The notes beneath the pieces are model-generated. The model was not told the DNA's origin and ran no database searches. It was given only the letters and a program-made list of their open reading frames with translations. Shown in pieces: positions 38,001 through 53,000 of a DNA stretch of 64,000 bases (positions are counted from its first letter, which is position 1; the number at the start of each line of letters is the position of its first letter). The position numbers and the translations under genes were made by a program. The DNA is from Phoronis australis (lineage: Eukaryota; Animalia; Phoronida): contig NMRA01000008.1 of the NCBI GenBank assembly GCA_002633005.1, positions 1,995,456-2,059,455 on the forward strand, in the 5' to 3' direction.

Positions 38001-41000
38001 CAGATCCTCTATTATGATAAAATATTAAACAAAATGTATGGAAAATTAATGGCCATGAATCGCCTAGATTTATTATCGTAGTCAGTTAATCCCTGTTGGG
38101 CCGCAGTAATTGTCGCAAACTTCATACCAACATTGCTTCAGGCACGCGATGCGATGTGGCACAGTTGAAACATATTGTTCTCCATTGAAACTGTTATGTC
38201 ACTAGTTTTTTTGTCACATGACACAAATAAACCATTTAGCATGCTCTCACTGGAGATTTCGTCTTCACCATCTTCAGATAATTGAATTTGTGACCGGTTG
38301 AAATTGATTTTTGCTCGGGATATCTGAGCTAAAGAATCACAATGCTTAAAAACAATCTTTTTGACACATGTTATTGGTCATTTTTGAGAGTTGAGACCTT
38401 TCATTCACTTCCTCTGCAAAGTTTTCTCAGCAGCCATGGCCCAGGGTTTCGTGGACGCATGAATCTCATGAAGGAGGCTTGCGTGCATGCTTCCCTTGTA
38501 ATACATCGTGATTCTTGTGAAGTTGTGCATCTCGTGTCTGCAGAACCCAGGTTCTACATTTCCCCCAGAAGGAAGAAGTTTTTACAAAATAAATAATCGG
38601 AATGTCTTGCTCATTTTAAATATTAAAAAGTGTTGTGCATTTTTGTTTTTTAGCCTCTTTATGTTGTTCTCATCCTTAATGTTTCGTCTTTAGCACAGTG
38701 TAACTATAAAAACTAGTGTTCAGGAGTACATGTGTTGTTGGGAGCTGCCATATTACAGTGTACCAAGCTTATTTTACATATTGCACTTAAATTGATTAAA
38801 TTACCTGATAGGTAAATTTTATTAAGGGACAGTTATTTAATAGGATGATATCTATAGGTTGGAACAGATAGATGTTAATTTGGAAGTTAATAAGATACTC
38901 TGTAATAGCAATTAATTATCAATATGTTAATAAATGCTCTTGTTTTTTATTTCAGCATCATGCAATTGAGACGGATATAGGCGTCCTCAACTGTTATGTC
39001 CAGGTAATGTCAGTCTTTTATGACTTCTTCTTTGTGCACACAGTTTCTTTGAGTACTTTTTCAAGTGTTATTGATTACGTTGCTGAATTAGAAAATTTGC
39101 TGCGGTCTCCCATAACTCACTGTCAGTCATTTGTCTAATGTGAGTCAGGTCTGCAGAAGGATGGTCTGTCAGTGTGGTTGTTGATGTGTGTCTCTGGACA
39201 GGTCTTCACTAGCTCAATAACAACTTCTAACTACCAACATATTTTGCATTACTCTCTGTGGATAACTGAGTCTGTTTGTGTAGCACAAGATGGCATATTT
39301 GACCCAAATCACATGAGGCTTCAATTTCTGGTTGCTGTCAAATGAATGTAGTTGTAGTTTCAGATCTGTGTAGATTCCAGCACAATGATTTCGCTAATTA
39401 TCTGACAAGAAACGGTTTGGAAGCCGAAAGACAAAACATTTTTTTAATCAAGTTGGCTCAAGTGTCCTCAATGCAGATCTTGGTCTCTATCATATGTAGT
39501 TTACTTATATGGTAAAAATTGGGAAAAAATAATTTTTATATTTACATTTCTTATACGTTTTCAAAGACTTTCTACATAGCTTTAAATGCTCAAAATTAAT
39601 TACATGTTTGGTGACAAGCTGGACTTAACTAATCGTGCTGTCAATGAAGTAAAATTTTCTTAAAAGCTGTGGTTTTGTGAAAAAGAAATTCATCCACTGT
39701 GTTTCCAAGCAGATGAATATTTATACCACAGGCATTCCAGTAGTGTAGCAAAATAATTCAGCATCAAGCCCTTGTACACGTGTCTCAAGCCCGCCTTGTC
39801 ATACATATGAGAAAAATGTTACTTGAAAAGAAAACGTAATGATAATTCATAAACCTGTAACAGCATTTTTGAAATTCCACTTTTTTGTTGTCGCTTCTGT
39901 TGTTTTACTTTTCTTTTCTCGTTAGTTTTACTTAAACTACACAGCCACGTGACCTGATTAATGGCAGATTAGTATAAAGTCAAAAAGTCAAATTCTACAA
40001 TGTTTTTCTACTTTCAGAAAACGTATACTTTTAATGAGTTAAAATCAATATTTCCGTTAAGTTCTGTATATATTTGGTTGAATGCGCAGACTTAAGGTGC
40101 TTTCTAACCTTAAAGTGTGTACATATTGCACGTTTATCCACTGGCTGTAAGAAATCTAATGCATTACGTGCGGCAACGATCCAAGAACAGGTTTCTTTCA
40201 AGTGCAAATTGCAAACATTGGCTCGCAAAGGCTCAGTAGCGATCAAAGCCCTGGGCTGAAATTGTCAGCAGTCCACCTGTGAATAGAGAAAAGTTACAGT
40301 CATCACTTGTTTAGCGCGCAGCGTGGCGCCATGTGAAATTTCACTTTGACAAACTTTTCAACAAAAATAAAGGATAAGAATGATTAAGAATATGATTCGT
40401 TTGGTTTGTAGGGTGGTTAAGTTTTGAAACAACATAATACGTTTCGTTTATTTGTTCGCAAATTAATCAGCCTTTTAAAAATGACTATTTTGGCTATCAT
40501 TATTGTGTGAAATGAGCAAAGAATGTGTTGAGAATAGCGTTACAGATCTTGCTACACTAAGACTAGCCTAGGCAAGGTGCTTTACCCTAGCCAAGCTGCA
40601 AGTCGAGCCTATTTGCCTGAGTGAATTGAGTGTGTAAATCTTTGTTTGAAAATACTGCTTGCCTGTAATTATTTCCATCAGATTAGGTTTATTGCCTTGT
40701 AAACACAGGGTATGGTAATGGGCTGTCTCTAGATGATTGGGGAGAGTAGGTTGTAATTTGTAAACACAAATTATAAGTCACATTATTAACCTATCTTTAG
40801 AATTGTATTTTGTCGCTTTTGCAGGGAAAGATCACATCTGCTGGGTTTGTTATTCTAACAGTGCACGACTTGGGATGCAACCGTAAGTTTACCAATAGTG
40901 GCTGGGCCCTACAAGCGCTGTCTTATCACTGGCAGCGCACCCTCAATCAAATTTCAGTGGTTCACGTAATGTGCCCTGGATGAATTCTCCTGTCTTCTTT

Positions 41001-44000
41001 TCCACCGTCTTTAAATTTATGTTCAAAAGTTTTCTTAGGTAAGGCCGATGCCATGCAATGGTGAGGGGTGATCTCATACCATACCACGGGGCACTCCACC
41101 ATGTCTACCTCTATTGACATTTGGAAAGTGGACACCTAGATGCATGTCCTTCTCATTTTATCTGCCAGTCATCATTATCCCCATCAGCTTCTCTTTCTTT
41201 CTGTTAATACTTAGCTGGCGATTCCTGGAGTTATGAGGGTTAAATATTTAACAATCTGATTACTAGTATAAGGTATCATCAACACACCATGTCTCACTTA
41301 TGAAGCTTTTAGATTTGTTATGCAGTGACTTAGCACTCATGCTTCAGGGAGGAAATTGTCCCTTGAAGAGGATATCTGTATGTGGATACTGATGCATAGC
41401 AGGAGCTAAACAGCACTCCATTTTGCCTAGAAAATTTAATTAGGCCTTTTGCTGTCATAAAATTGATCTCTTAATATTCATTGCCGCGATAGGTTTCTAT
41501 TTCCGTTTAACTAAGAAGAACATCAAAACCAAAATGCTGAGAGTTTATTGGGAAGGGCCATTATATTAAAGTTGCAGATTCAAAATTGGTGACAGTGACT
41601 TTTGAGGTGCTGGCTGCTTCGTCGATAATTCATCGTTATTGGCGTGGTAATGTTTTTAAATTAGGTATAAGCACTTTGATTAAGATTTCAACACTGACAG
41701 CTAAACAGTGGTGAAATGCAGCTTTAAGACATCCCTCGCAAACCAAGTTGCAATTGTATCCATGGATACTTGGTAAATGTGAAAACAAAAAAATTCCGCA
41801 AATGACTGACATTTGTATTAATGACCTACCTTGCGGCCGCATTACTATTCCCCAATGCCACGTCACCGTACTTACTGGACACGGTTAAGGGATTTGCTGT
41901 GGAATATTTTTGCCACAAAGTGCATTCTCATGAGAAACATTTTGCTACTTGTATACACTTTAAATTTGCAACATCTGCAGTATGTTGTATTTTAAACTGA
42001 TTTGTCTAAATAATCTCACAAAGAGATAGTAATTAACAGGCTCATTTTGAGCTGGCAACTCTGTGATATATTCAGCATAATTGAGGAGCAAATCCATGGA
42101 CTGGGTTATTGGACACATTGCATTTTTTTGGAAATACACAAGATAGGGGACAAAAACTATGGAATCACCCGTAGTATTGATTTTTCACAGTGATCAAAAA
42201 CTGGGAAATACTGGTCACAGAAATGTTGAGGAGTGTATGATGTTAACAATATGAGAGGTTATCTACTTTGTATATTCATCTAACCCTGAATATTGTACTT
42301 TTCGTTCATTTGTCATACATTGGGCGAACTACTAACCCATTGCATCAAGCTGTTTGGGTTTACACTTAAATATACACACATCAAATTTCTGTGGTTTCTC
42401 AAATATTTTATAGCAACAGCTATAAACCAGTGGCCCATTCCAAGAAACTGTTTTACATTAAGTGTAAGATTTGTCTCATCTTCCAAACTTTGAAACTTCC
42501 ACATCTAGTAAGTTGGTCAAAATCAAGACAAAACTTAAGTCAAAAATGTCAAAATTAAGATCTTTTTCTTGAAACGAACGTGAGACAAATTGAAGTTTTG
42601 CCTTAAAATTGACTGAAATTTAATATTTGTCTTAGCCAGGTCATTTTTGTTGGAACAGGCCCCTACCTTACATGAAAAATAACTGTTGATTTAGACCACT
42701 AACTGTTATGAAATTGATTTCTTCGTTCCTTAGTGAAACTATAGGTGACCATGCTGGGCACATAAACGACGTGTCGTAACAAGCCATCCTGTACAGCATG
42801 ATGTCGAGTAATAACAAAGTGTCAGTTATTTTCTTTTTCTTTTTTTGTAAGTTCTTTGTTAACCCAGAATTGTTTAAATCAAACGATCGCTTCTAGAACG
42901 TGACGCGTGGTTCTAGCCGCTTTAAGATAGATTGAAGTGGCCCCCAGGGGGCTCTTTCGGAAATATCTGGTTGTTGTATTAGTTACAATAACAATCAGAC
43001 AGCAGATTTGTTGAAATAATCAAGAAATGAATATAGAGCTCTCTTAAGTTGAATGGATTTGTCCTCTTCTCATTTTGCAATTCTGTCTCCATACTAAGCC
43101 TATGTAGTGCATATATTAAGCTATACTTACAAATGAAACCCACGTTTTCAGAAATTTCTATTACTGTAAAGTCTTAGCAATTTAGCACACATTATAGCAG
43201 ATTAGCGAAGTTTCATTGTTTCACATTAAATGATCCGCAGTTAGCAGAATGATGCTTTGTCGTATCCAAGTTCTGTACAATTTAATTGGTACAAAGTTGT
43301 ATAAATACAAAATGATTTGTATCTTTGGAACAATGTGGGTAAAAACGGTGAATCAAAATCTGAAATAACATTGATCAGTAACTAGTAGAATGTTATGTTT
43401 AGAATTTTTCATAAAGATATATTCGCATCATCAAACAATATTTTGAAAAAAATGTGGGCGTTCACAACAGTGTGTCAGAAGCCCTCGGAAGTAAAAGAAG
43501 TGCAATTATAGCAATTATTTTTCTCCAACATTGGTAAGATTTCACTGTACTGATGAATGAATAATCAATGACTAATCTTGACTTATTGAAACTTAACAAG
43601 AATTGAACATTGTTGGCAACAAGAAGGGTAATTACTTTTTACGCTGAATGCTAATGGAGTGCGAGTGCTATAAGAACAGATCAACGAATGTTATCCACTG
43701 TTTAACTTTTTCATCTCATGGGACTCAACTTGTTAGCTATTCCAGGACCAGTTCATTCAGCCTGTCAAGACAGATATCTTGCTTGCATTTCAGAACAGTG
43801 CACGGTTGACTTGTCACATTCTTTTGACAGTTTGACAGCTTGCTGCCAAGTTACCCTAATCCCTGTTAGAACTGTGAAGTAGACTGAAGTTTACCTGTGA
43901 GGTTTAGTGTTAACTATTGAGTTTAGGTCTGGGTGATGCTATGATCATTGTAGTTGTTGCATGTGGTAGCACTGTTGTTTAGCTCTGTTTAAAAAGACCT

Positions 44001-47000
44001 TTTCAATGTAGTAATGAATCGAGTTTATGATTTTGTAGTAAATGAAACAAGTTAGTTGTAAAAAGTGAATTATGTTTTTAGAAAAATATGAACGCGGTAT
44101 CAAAGTTCAAACGCGGATAAAAATGCTAAAATACTGATTGCATCCAGGCAGTAACTAAATCAGAAAAACGTAAACGGCCTCCATAGGTGACTGTGCATGA
44201 CTGTACAAGTTTTGGGCAGTCTAGGCAATGGGTAAGTGTCAGCTGTGCACCATTGTGCATCAAATAGACATTGGCCATTGTTCATATTGAACCAATGAGG
44301 AGGCTACAACTACCAGGCCATAATATGTAACTCCAGTGTAGCATCCTACTGGATACGGCTGTGTTCTCCGTGGACATCACCCGCCACATCTGACGGGTGT
44401 TTGTTAGGCACAAACTCATAAACAGACCAAAGGCTTTGTAATTTTCCTTTAAATCCATGCTGAGTGGCCGCTGTCACTCCACAGGTGTCCCTGCAAGGTA
44501 GCATGATGGTACTTCTGTCTGTGGAGCCCTGCAATGTCTTAAGCAGCTTTTGACCCCATGAGTAGTTAGTTTCATTATAATCCCAGATGGAGGAGACCCC
44601 TTTACATGCGATTTGGTAATAGTACCTATGGAGGCTCTTTTATAACACCAGAGACATCATAGAACACTTTCCAGTGCTACATGGCCAGTGAAACTTAATT
44701 GTGGTAAAATCCGATCAACTTAGCACGCAATATGGTGGACAAGTGACGTTTCATTTGCTCATTTTTTGGGGAAAAATTGGCTGTACCATATTAGTGCTTT
44801 ACCTTATTCAAGTTTGTTCTCAACAATATCATTGATACATTGAGAGAATTCCTAACAATGTTAGAATACCTAAGGTCTTCTAACATTGTTAAGTGATAGA
44901 TAGAAAAGAGCAATTTTACCATCAATAATTTTGTGATCAGATTTTACCATACTGTGGACTCGGAATTCAGAAGCGTTCTTTGATGTGTTGTTTTTGCCTG
45001 AGTAAGTTTAGTCAGACAATCCATATGTCTCAACCCTCATCAAATGTTCCCCTCTTCCAATCATCATATTATGTGTTCTGGGGCCAAACAAGGTTTATTG
45101 CCTGTTTTAGTTCCCTGGGCCTATGATGTTACCATGTATTTAGGCGGAATCCCATGATCCGATATAATCAAAGAGTAAGAAGAAATTTCACCATTTAAAA
45201 CGTAGTGTAGACCTTATTCGCACAGTCACCATTTTAGTAGTGAGCCCCTTTTTAGCTTTAAAAAAACAAATGAGACATAAATATAATGAGGCACGTGGAA
45301 AAATCATGCTTTGCGCTGTGATTAGTTGCAGAATGCATTGTATTTAAAACCGAAAAAGAGGCTCACTTTTTAAATGGCGATTGCGTGAATAAGGTGTATT
45401 GGGAAGGTTCAGTTTTCGAACAGGATAACTCACCCATTAGTCGGTGCTTTGCCATTTTCAAGCTGTGTACCATAGCTAACATTCCAAAATATTCTAAAAT
45501 ATCGGGAAGGTAGGCGGTTTGGCTACGAAATGTCTGGCGAAAATGCTATCAGTTTGGGGTAACTCTAAGTGCCAGTTAGTAAACAGTGCTACGGTAATCT
45601 CACCAAGTTAAGACACAAAATGGCTGACGCGTGAAATTTACTTTTGTAATGTTTGCCGTGAAATATGTATCACAAGAAATTGATGCTTTGCTCAAGTTAT
45701 ATACGATATCTAATATCAGATAATGTTCTTGGAAAAATATGACCATTCATAATAGAAACATTTGAAAAACGAAAAAGGGACAATTTCCACAATTGTTTTT
45801 TGTCCCCAGTTGGAGATAGTGAAAATAACAATATTGCAGTTATTCCCAAAAATGTTATCGAAAACGCCAGCAGTTTTGGGGTAGCAAACTGTTAATAAAC
45901 CACTAGCAAACTGTTAGTAAACTGCTAGCAAACTTAGTAAACCGCTAGCAAACTGTTAGTAAATCGCTAGCAAACTGTTAGTAAACCGCTAGCAAACTGT
46001 TAGTAAACCGCTAGCAAACTGTTAGTAAACCGCTAGCAAAAATGAGCCTTGATTTCGTTCTCATTGCTGGACTCTTTCTGCTACCAGCGAGAGTGCTAGT
46101 CAGAAGGCTAGTGTTTGAGTTAGTGTGTGAACCTAGTGCTACTGTCCACTGTTGTTTATAGATACGATGTGGCACAACTTCATCAATCATTCGTCCATGG
46201 TGGAGATCACCAAGCGCACTGCCTACATTCATATTGATCTGCCCGGACAGGAGGACAGTGCCCAGCCCCTACCTGCCAAGTAAGTGTGTCTGGTATAGAA
46301 CTGTGCGGAAGTGTTAGTCATTTCATAGACATTCTCCAAATACCTGCTGTCGGAAATAAATGCTATGTGTATTGGTCAAATTTAAGCTTGTGTAGAACCC
46401 TAGAAAAACACTAATCTAATTTTAGCTAACTTCATAACATCATATCTCAGAAATGGCTGATCAGATTCTTATGAAGTTTTCAAATACTTTATGCACTTTC
46501 TCCAATTGTTTTTAAGAATGTCCACTTTAAGATTTTGCTTAATTTTCCTCAATTGAAAGATAGGGCTTATATGAGTTTTTTGAAACAACTCAAAAGTTGC
46601 ATAATGCGAAAAATGAAATGATAATTTCAAAAACTGTAACAGCATTTTTGAGATTTCGTCAAAATATATTTTTTTCTTGTAACCTGTAAAGCACTGGCTA
46701 GCTCTGACAAAAACAGTTAGGCCACGCCTAGCGTGGCTGCCATCGCAGTTAAGCCACGCCTACTGTGGCTACCATCACAGGTAGGCCACGCCTACCGTGG
46801 CTACCATCTCAGTTAGGCCACGCCTACCGTGGCTACCATCTCAGTTAGGCTGCGCCTACCGTGGCTACCGTCTCAGAGTCCTACAAGCATGAAGCCAGTA
46901 TCCTGACAGAAGCCCTTTCCAAAAATGTACCACGGCAACAGAGTTTTGATCATATTTCACTGATCAGAAGTTACTGTCCTATAGAGCCATATTGACCATA

Positions 47001-50000
47001 AGAATGGGTCTTGGGGAAGCAAGCAATTGTTGCACACAGTGGTATATCCGTGATACTAAGTCTCAGAGTTCATTCATCAATTGCGCCAGCCCATTGACGT
47101 GCCAAGCTTCATTCTTGCATTTGTTTGATCTATTCAAACAGACACCGACTGCAGTAGTTGTTTTGCATATGTCTGCCAATAAGACTGACTTCTCCCGTAA
47201 GCTATGTCATAACACAAACAAAAAATGGGAAAACTACTTCCATGCAATTTGACTGCATATGGCTGTTTTTGTGCGTTTGCTTGTGTGTCCTTCTGTCTGT
47301 TCATTTTGCTTCACCGTGTTCATTTTACCCTGTACCTGAGGATGAGACCATGTGGTCTCGCAATATAGCTACTTAACGTGTTTATACGTTATGTCTCTTG
47401 GTGATTTGCTTCACAACTGCACGCTGGAAGAATATAGGAGATTGTATAGAGAGAATGAACGAGTATGTATTAGGCTATACAGTAGTGCTTTCAAGAGCAT
47501 GTATTAGGCTATACAGTAGTGCTTTCAAGAGTATGTATTAGGCTATACAGTAGTGCTTTCAAGAGTATGTATTAGGCTATACAGTAGTGCTTTTAACCAA
47601 GTTTGTGCTGTCCGTCTGTAGATACTTAATGATAGTCTATGGTTCATCCATGTGTTTATTCATCTAATCGTGAAGTCTACTACATCTAATTGTATCAGCG
47701 TCGAGCGCTTTTCTCTTTCACTCTCGGTATATTGATGCTCTTCATCGCACGTTCCCCAATTAAATCTTCAATAAACGCTTGTGTTCACAGCCAATGTTCA
47801 AAGGACAGACATGGTGAACTGTTGTGTTAGCACGTGTTCCTGTGACTTGATTGGCCGGAATTGCTAGCTTGATTGACATGTCGGACTCACTATCCACTTG
47901 TCAAGCAAAATGCTTCAAAAATTGACTCTTTGGCTGAATGCCTCTGTCAGTTCTCGTTCGGGTTTTTGTCCAAAATGTTATTGTCTGTTATGAACAAGTT
48001 CTTAAAAATTAATTATCAACTGGTGCATGGCTGCTTTCCCCAAACACCAAAACTGGCCAGGTGCATGATCGCCCTGGGCCTGGTGGAATTTCAGTCATGT
48101 TGTTACTCCTCAAATTCAATAGTGTGCTCCTTTAATTCCTGACAATTCCCCGATCATGTCGTAAGCTATTTAGCAGTTGGTTGCCAATGAAAAGTCTTGA
48201 CTATAAGAAGCTTAAGTTTATACCGGTAACCCGACTGGTTGCGAAGAATTTTCTGCATTTCGCCCTGAATTTTGAATTTTCTTTTTAGGTTCAAAAATAG
48301 GCGGAGGTTTTATGAAAGGAAAGTTGTGCGTGGTCAGAATGTAAAAATCATGTCTTTGTGAGCTTAACCAACTGGTGCTCCACAGGCTCCATAGTGTAGG
48401 AGTAACTGAATAGTTCACTAATCTGTACAGAGAATTAATTGGGTTTTGGCACAAAATTCCTCTAGTATTGAAGTCTTCGTGTACCTGTCACAAAGTTCCA
48501 TGTTCGTATCTCTGTGTTAGTTTGACATTTTCGCTTTATTTTTTTTCAGCTACAAATTTCCAACTATGCAACAAATCGCCGAAGCCCTCCCCAAAGTACT
48601 GGATGAGCTGAAGTATGTATTTACCTGTTAATGACATAACTGTAATATAGTGAACTTCGAGCACATATATGATTATGAAAATTAGTAGTAATTGTATGTC
48701 TGGTCTAATGCATTCAAAAATGATGACTTACTGCCATTTATGCAATTATGGCTTGTCAGATCCAGGGATATTCCTGACCAAGTTTGAACCTGTGCCCTTT
48801 AGGATGCACCTGATGTTAAAAAGTGTGCCTTTTTTCAAAAAGTTGTGCCCGGCAGACTTAGTGTAATTAAAGTGGTAACATACGAAACAGAAATCCAATG
48901 GCAATCGAAACAAGAACAGAGTCATGTTTTACGCGACTGCCTGAAAGTTGACTAGAATGCATTTTTGGAAAAGTGTGGCATCTTAAGATGCGTCTGGGGG
49001 GGCTAATGGCGCAAAGGCACAGTCCAGGAATATCCCTGTATGCCTATGTTTGGTTTCATGCTATCAACTGAACTATCTACTAAAAAACAAGGTCTGAGTT
49101 AGTATTAGTAGTAAGTCTGACTGAGTCATGAATTCTGTGTAAATCTCATGACAGTCACAATTTAACGCAGACTGGAAACTAACTGAAAAACTGGCATGTG
49201 GCGTGATGCCCTTGCACTATATCAGGTGCCCTTGAGGCTGGACCCACTGCAATGCGGTCACCAGGAAACAAATATAATTGCACGTGAAGTCAAGATCTGA
49301 CCAGATATGCACTGGCTGCAGGTTACACTTAATAAAAATCTGTGTCTGGTTTAAATTAGTAATCGATTGACTCGAAGTAAATGTCTGTAATACATTAGTG
49401 GACACCTGACTTCTCCAACCGGATATCAGTCACGTCGTCTTCCTGTGAGCACTTTTAAATCATCTTCAATCAAATCGCCCATTGTGTGAGAACAATTGTA
49501 GCTCTCGCACTTATCTCCACTCCAGTAAATGAGTTTGTTATCGCAAGAATTGAGCTCTGATTGCGGTGATTTATCTCTTGGTTATGGAATGTCTCAGATA
49601 TTTTTTTTAAATCAGATTGGATATAGCTTTGCTGTTTTTGATACACTTAATTGTCAAGCTGCCTTTCACTTGAAAGGTAATACTCGCCTTCATTTTGAGA
49701 ACCAGTTTTCACCACTGAATAACGGACATCAAGCTGGTTCTCAAAATGTGAGCGCATTATACCCGACTATTGCCTATTGAACAGCAGTTAGTACTTATTG
49801 TTGTTCATTCCAGGATAAAGACTGTTGTATGCCTTGGTGAAGGTGCAGGAGCCAATGTTTTGGCAAGATTTGCTGTAAGTTGTGAGAACAATGAGCTTGA
49901 TTTGCTGCACTACTGTGTTCACACTGCTCTGTGTAAAATAATAAGCTTGCTTGAGATTTCAAGTAGTTTTTCCTTTGCTCACAAGTATAGACAATGCATT

Positions 50001-53000
50001 GCTTACTAGAGATTTCAAGGAGAGCCTCCAATTGAAACTTGTATTCCGTACTACAGCGCCCTCATTCAGCAGTGGGCTCATTATGTTGGTGAGTGCTTTT
50101 TCGGAAATCCCTGTGTGTACTTTTGATATGGAGGAAAAAATGTCGCAGGAACAGTGCAACACAGCGATGCGGACATGATGAGAGATGGAGAATGCATTTT
50201 TGTCGAACATTACAAACAATTGAGAGCTTATGACTCCAAAAGCAATCACGTGGGCTTTTAGTCAATAAAAAACCTCGGGTACTGTCACTTGGCACTTGTT
50301 ATTATGTTGTAATCGAGCTTATCATACACTTGGGCTTGTGCCGCTTCACTGTGCTTAGTACTGCGGGACACTGTATTTTTACCATTAGGACTTTGATTGT
50401 GGATCCTGTTGGCAGTGTAGTCATGCCTCTGTACACTGGGACTCCACTGTTTTGATACTTCGCAACACTGCAGTTTTACCTGGCTTTCTAATTGTGGATC
50501 TTGTCCTTGCAGTGTAGTCAAACCTCCTGTGCACTGGGACTCCACTGTTCTGATACTTTGTAACACTGCAGTTTTACCTGACACTCTAATTGTGGATCTT
50601 GTCCTTACAGTGTAGTCATGCTTCCCGTACACTGGGACTCGTTCTGCTTCACTGTACTGGTACTACTGCTGGATTCATGGAGTCAATCAAGGATAAGGTA
50701 AATATTCTATTTGCCATCATAACAAGTAGGTATGTGCCAGAAAAATGGAGAATTTTTGTCCAATTTTGCAACCAGAATTTTACAACAGTCATGGAAATAT
50801 GAGGAGGCACCATAGGTCGGTGGTTTTTAGCTCCGGTCTGTCATTAGGACAACAGGGCCCGGGTGTAATCTTTGTACTCGATAAATATAATTATTATTAA
50901 AAGTTTTCCATTCTTCTTTTGTGGAAACTCTAGATAAGTGTCTATTATTCTGTGCTCGAGTACATTGTGTATGTGGATGAATGTCTATAATCCTATTGTG
51001 TACTTCATGACACCAGAAGATTTAAGTTTGAGTTTTAACTCAAAATTTTGAGTGTTTACTCGAAATCTCAAGTTTTTACTTGAGGTTGTAGCTCGAATCT
51101 ATGGGTCATCAAGTGTGAATTTGGACGAGTCGCTCATTGTAGTAAATCATAATATACTTGAGCTCAGAATGATAGGGAGCTCTAATTAATTTAAAAGTAG
51201 TACGGAAAATATCAAAGATAATTTTGATTTCGAGTACAAAGATTAAAACCCAAACCCTGGGTTCAAGTCCTGGCTAGACTGGCAGGCAATGAAAGAATTT
51301 CAAATACCAACTGGTTACGTGGGACTGGATACCACTGACCTCTAGAGGACAAGGAGGCATTTTATAACTTTTTTTAAAAGACATCAAATCTAATAACAAA
51401 CACTGTAAAGGGGTCTTTTCACGAAGTTCAACTGCTCCCTATGCCACCCGCTACAACAGCTATGTAACTCCTGGTACACCTTGGTGGTGATATGAGTCAC
51501 CAGTCCCACGAGATAGCCTCCATTGTTTCCTGAAAGTCTCTCATTGAGCACTGCACAAAATAAGTTTCTAAGTCCTCTGACCTCGTTCCCAGTTGGGGAT
51601 GTATACAACGAATGAGAACCTGAATATAATTCGAATGCGATACCCGGGGATTTAGTTATTTTTATTTTTTGAATAGTCAAATAAACTTAGTTTACAGGTG
51701 CATGAGCCGTGTTCATACGTGCGTGAGCCGTGCTCATACGTGCGTGAGCCTTGTTGTTCACTTAGCCTGACTGCACTTGTTATTAAGCAGTTGCTGCTGT
51801 TGATAAAATTACAATTCTGTAATTGTGCAAAGTGTCTGGAGAATTACCATGATGTTACTTCTTTTTACTGGGCTTAAGAGTTGAGAATTGAAATCTAATA
51901 TCCTGGTGTCACAGCCAAGCATTTGTATTGCAGCTATATACTTACGGTTTGAAGGATCAGTCAGTTAATTGTTTTTTTATGTTCCTTAACCTCAGGAAAC
52001 CGTTAAAAATGGTATCCGGAAAAGAAATGATTTATACAATAAATCACACTTATTGTCAACCTGATTCAAACATATGACATAACGAATGAAAATTTGATTC
52101 CAATGTCGGGTTGTTCGCAAAACGTGGAGTACATTAACAGCATCATACTAGAATATTTCACTCCTCTACAAAATAACTTAAAATGCTATTGTTTGCTGCC
52201 ACCATGTTTGTTTCTAAAAAATATGTCAGCATGTTAAACAAGCTATTGAAGCCTCGTTCGAATCTTTGTTTAATTGTAGATCATTGGTTGGAAACTGGAC
52301 CACATTGGTATCAATCCTGCTGCAGAACACTATCTGGTGCTGCACAGATTTGGACTGGTATGTAGTCTTGTCCTGTTGGTTATAAGCCAGATCACATTTC
52401 ATGCAAGAAGTGCTCTGTTTGGTCCTTCTTGTGCTTAGCTCGCTCCGTGGTTGATGGTTGGCCGTCAACGTTATTGGCAGATGTCATTTAACCTGGAACT
52501 TTTTGTCTATGTACGTGACATTGCAGCAGTTCTCTTTCTGGTCAATTCAAAGCTTGAGCAAGTTGTAGATAAAGTAGCGTGCTGTGAAGCTTGAAAGATG
52601 TGTTCCATCAGCTGAGATTTGTATGTCAGCTAGCATCTGCGCAACACCGTCTCTGTAAATACTATGACCAGATGTTAGATGCCACACCGAGACCTACGGT
52701 GACCCCGCAGCTGGTTCAGAGTTGAAGCTTTGCAAATAGCTGTGGGTCTTACATTAGTGTTTGATTACAGCACATATATGATAGTGTGGAGAATGATGTA
52801 AGTATCAAGGGGTGGTCACTAACTACTGTCGTGCGTGCCCTAATTACTTGCCTCTCCTCGTTAGTGATTGTTTAGTGAATATTTCTGACCAACAAGTGTG
52901 CCCGAGTGTCGAATGCATTCACTACGGCTGGTGTTTGGGAAGAGAATGCCTACTTACTGGTATGTAGCTACCGGCGAATTAGTAATCACTTAAATGTGAT

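Noticed and set aside
37153-41243. piggyBac-like TTAACCC...GGGTTAA pair
   Set aside because: Ends match only briefly and would enclose two conserved NDRG-like exons; probably independent remnants.
46714-46876. 32-bp palindromic repeats resembling a CRISPR array
   Set aside because: Units are head-to-tail with no unique spacers, no cas genes, and lie in a eukaryotic intron.
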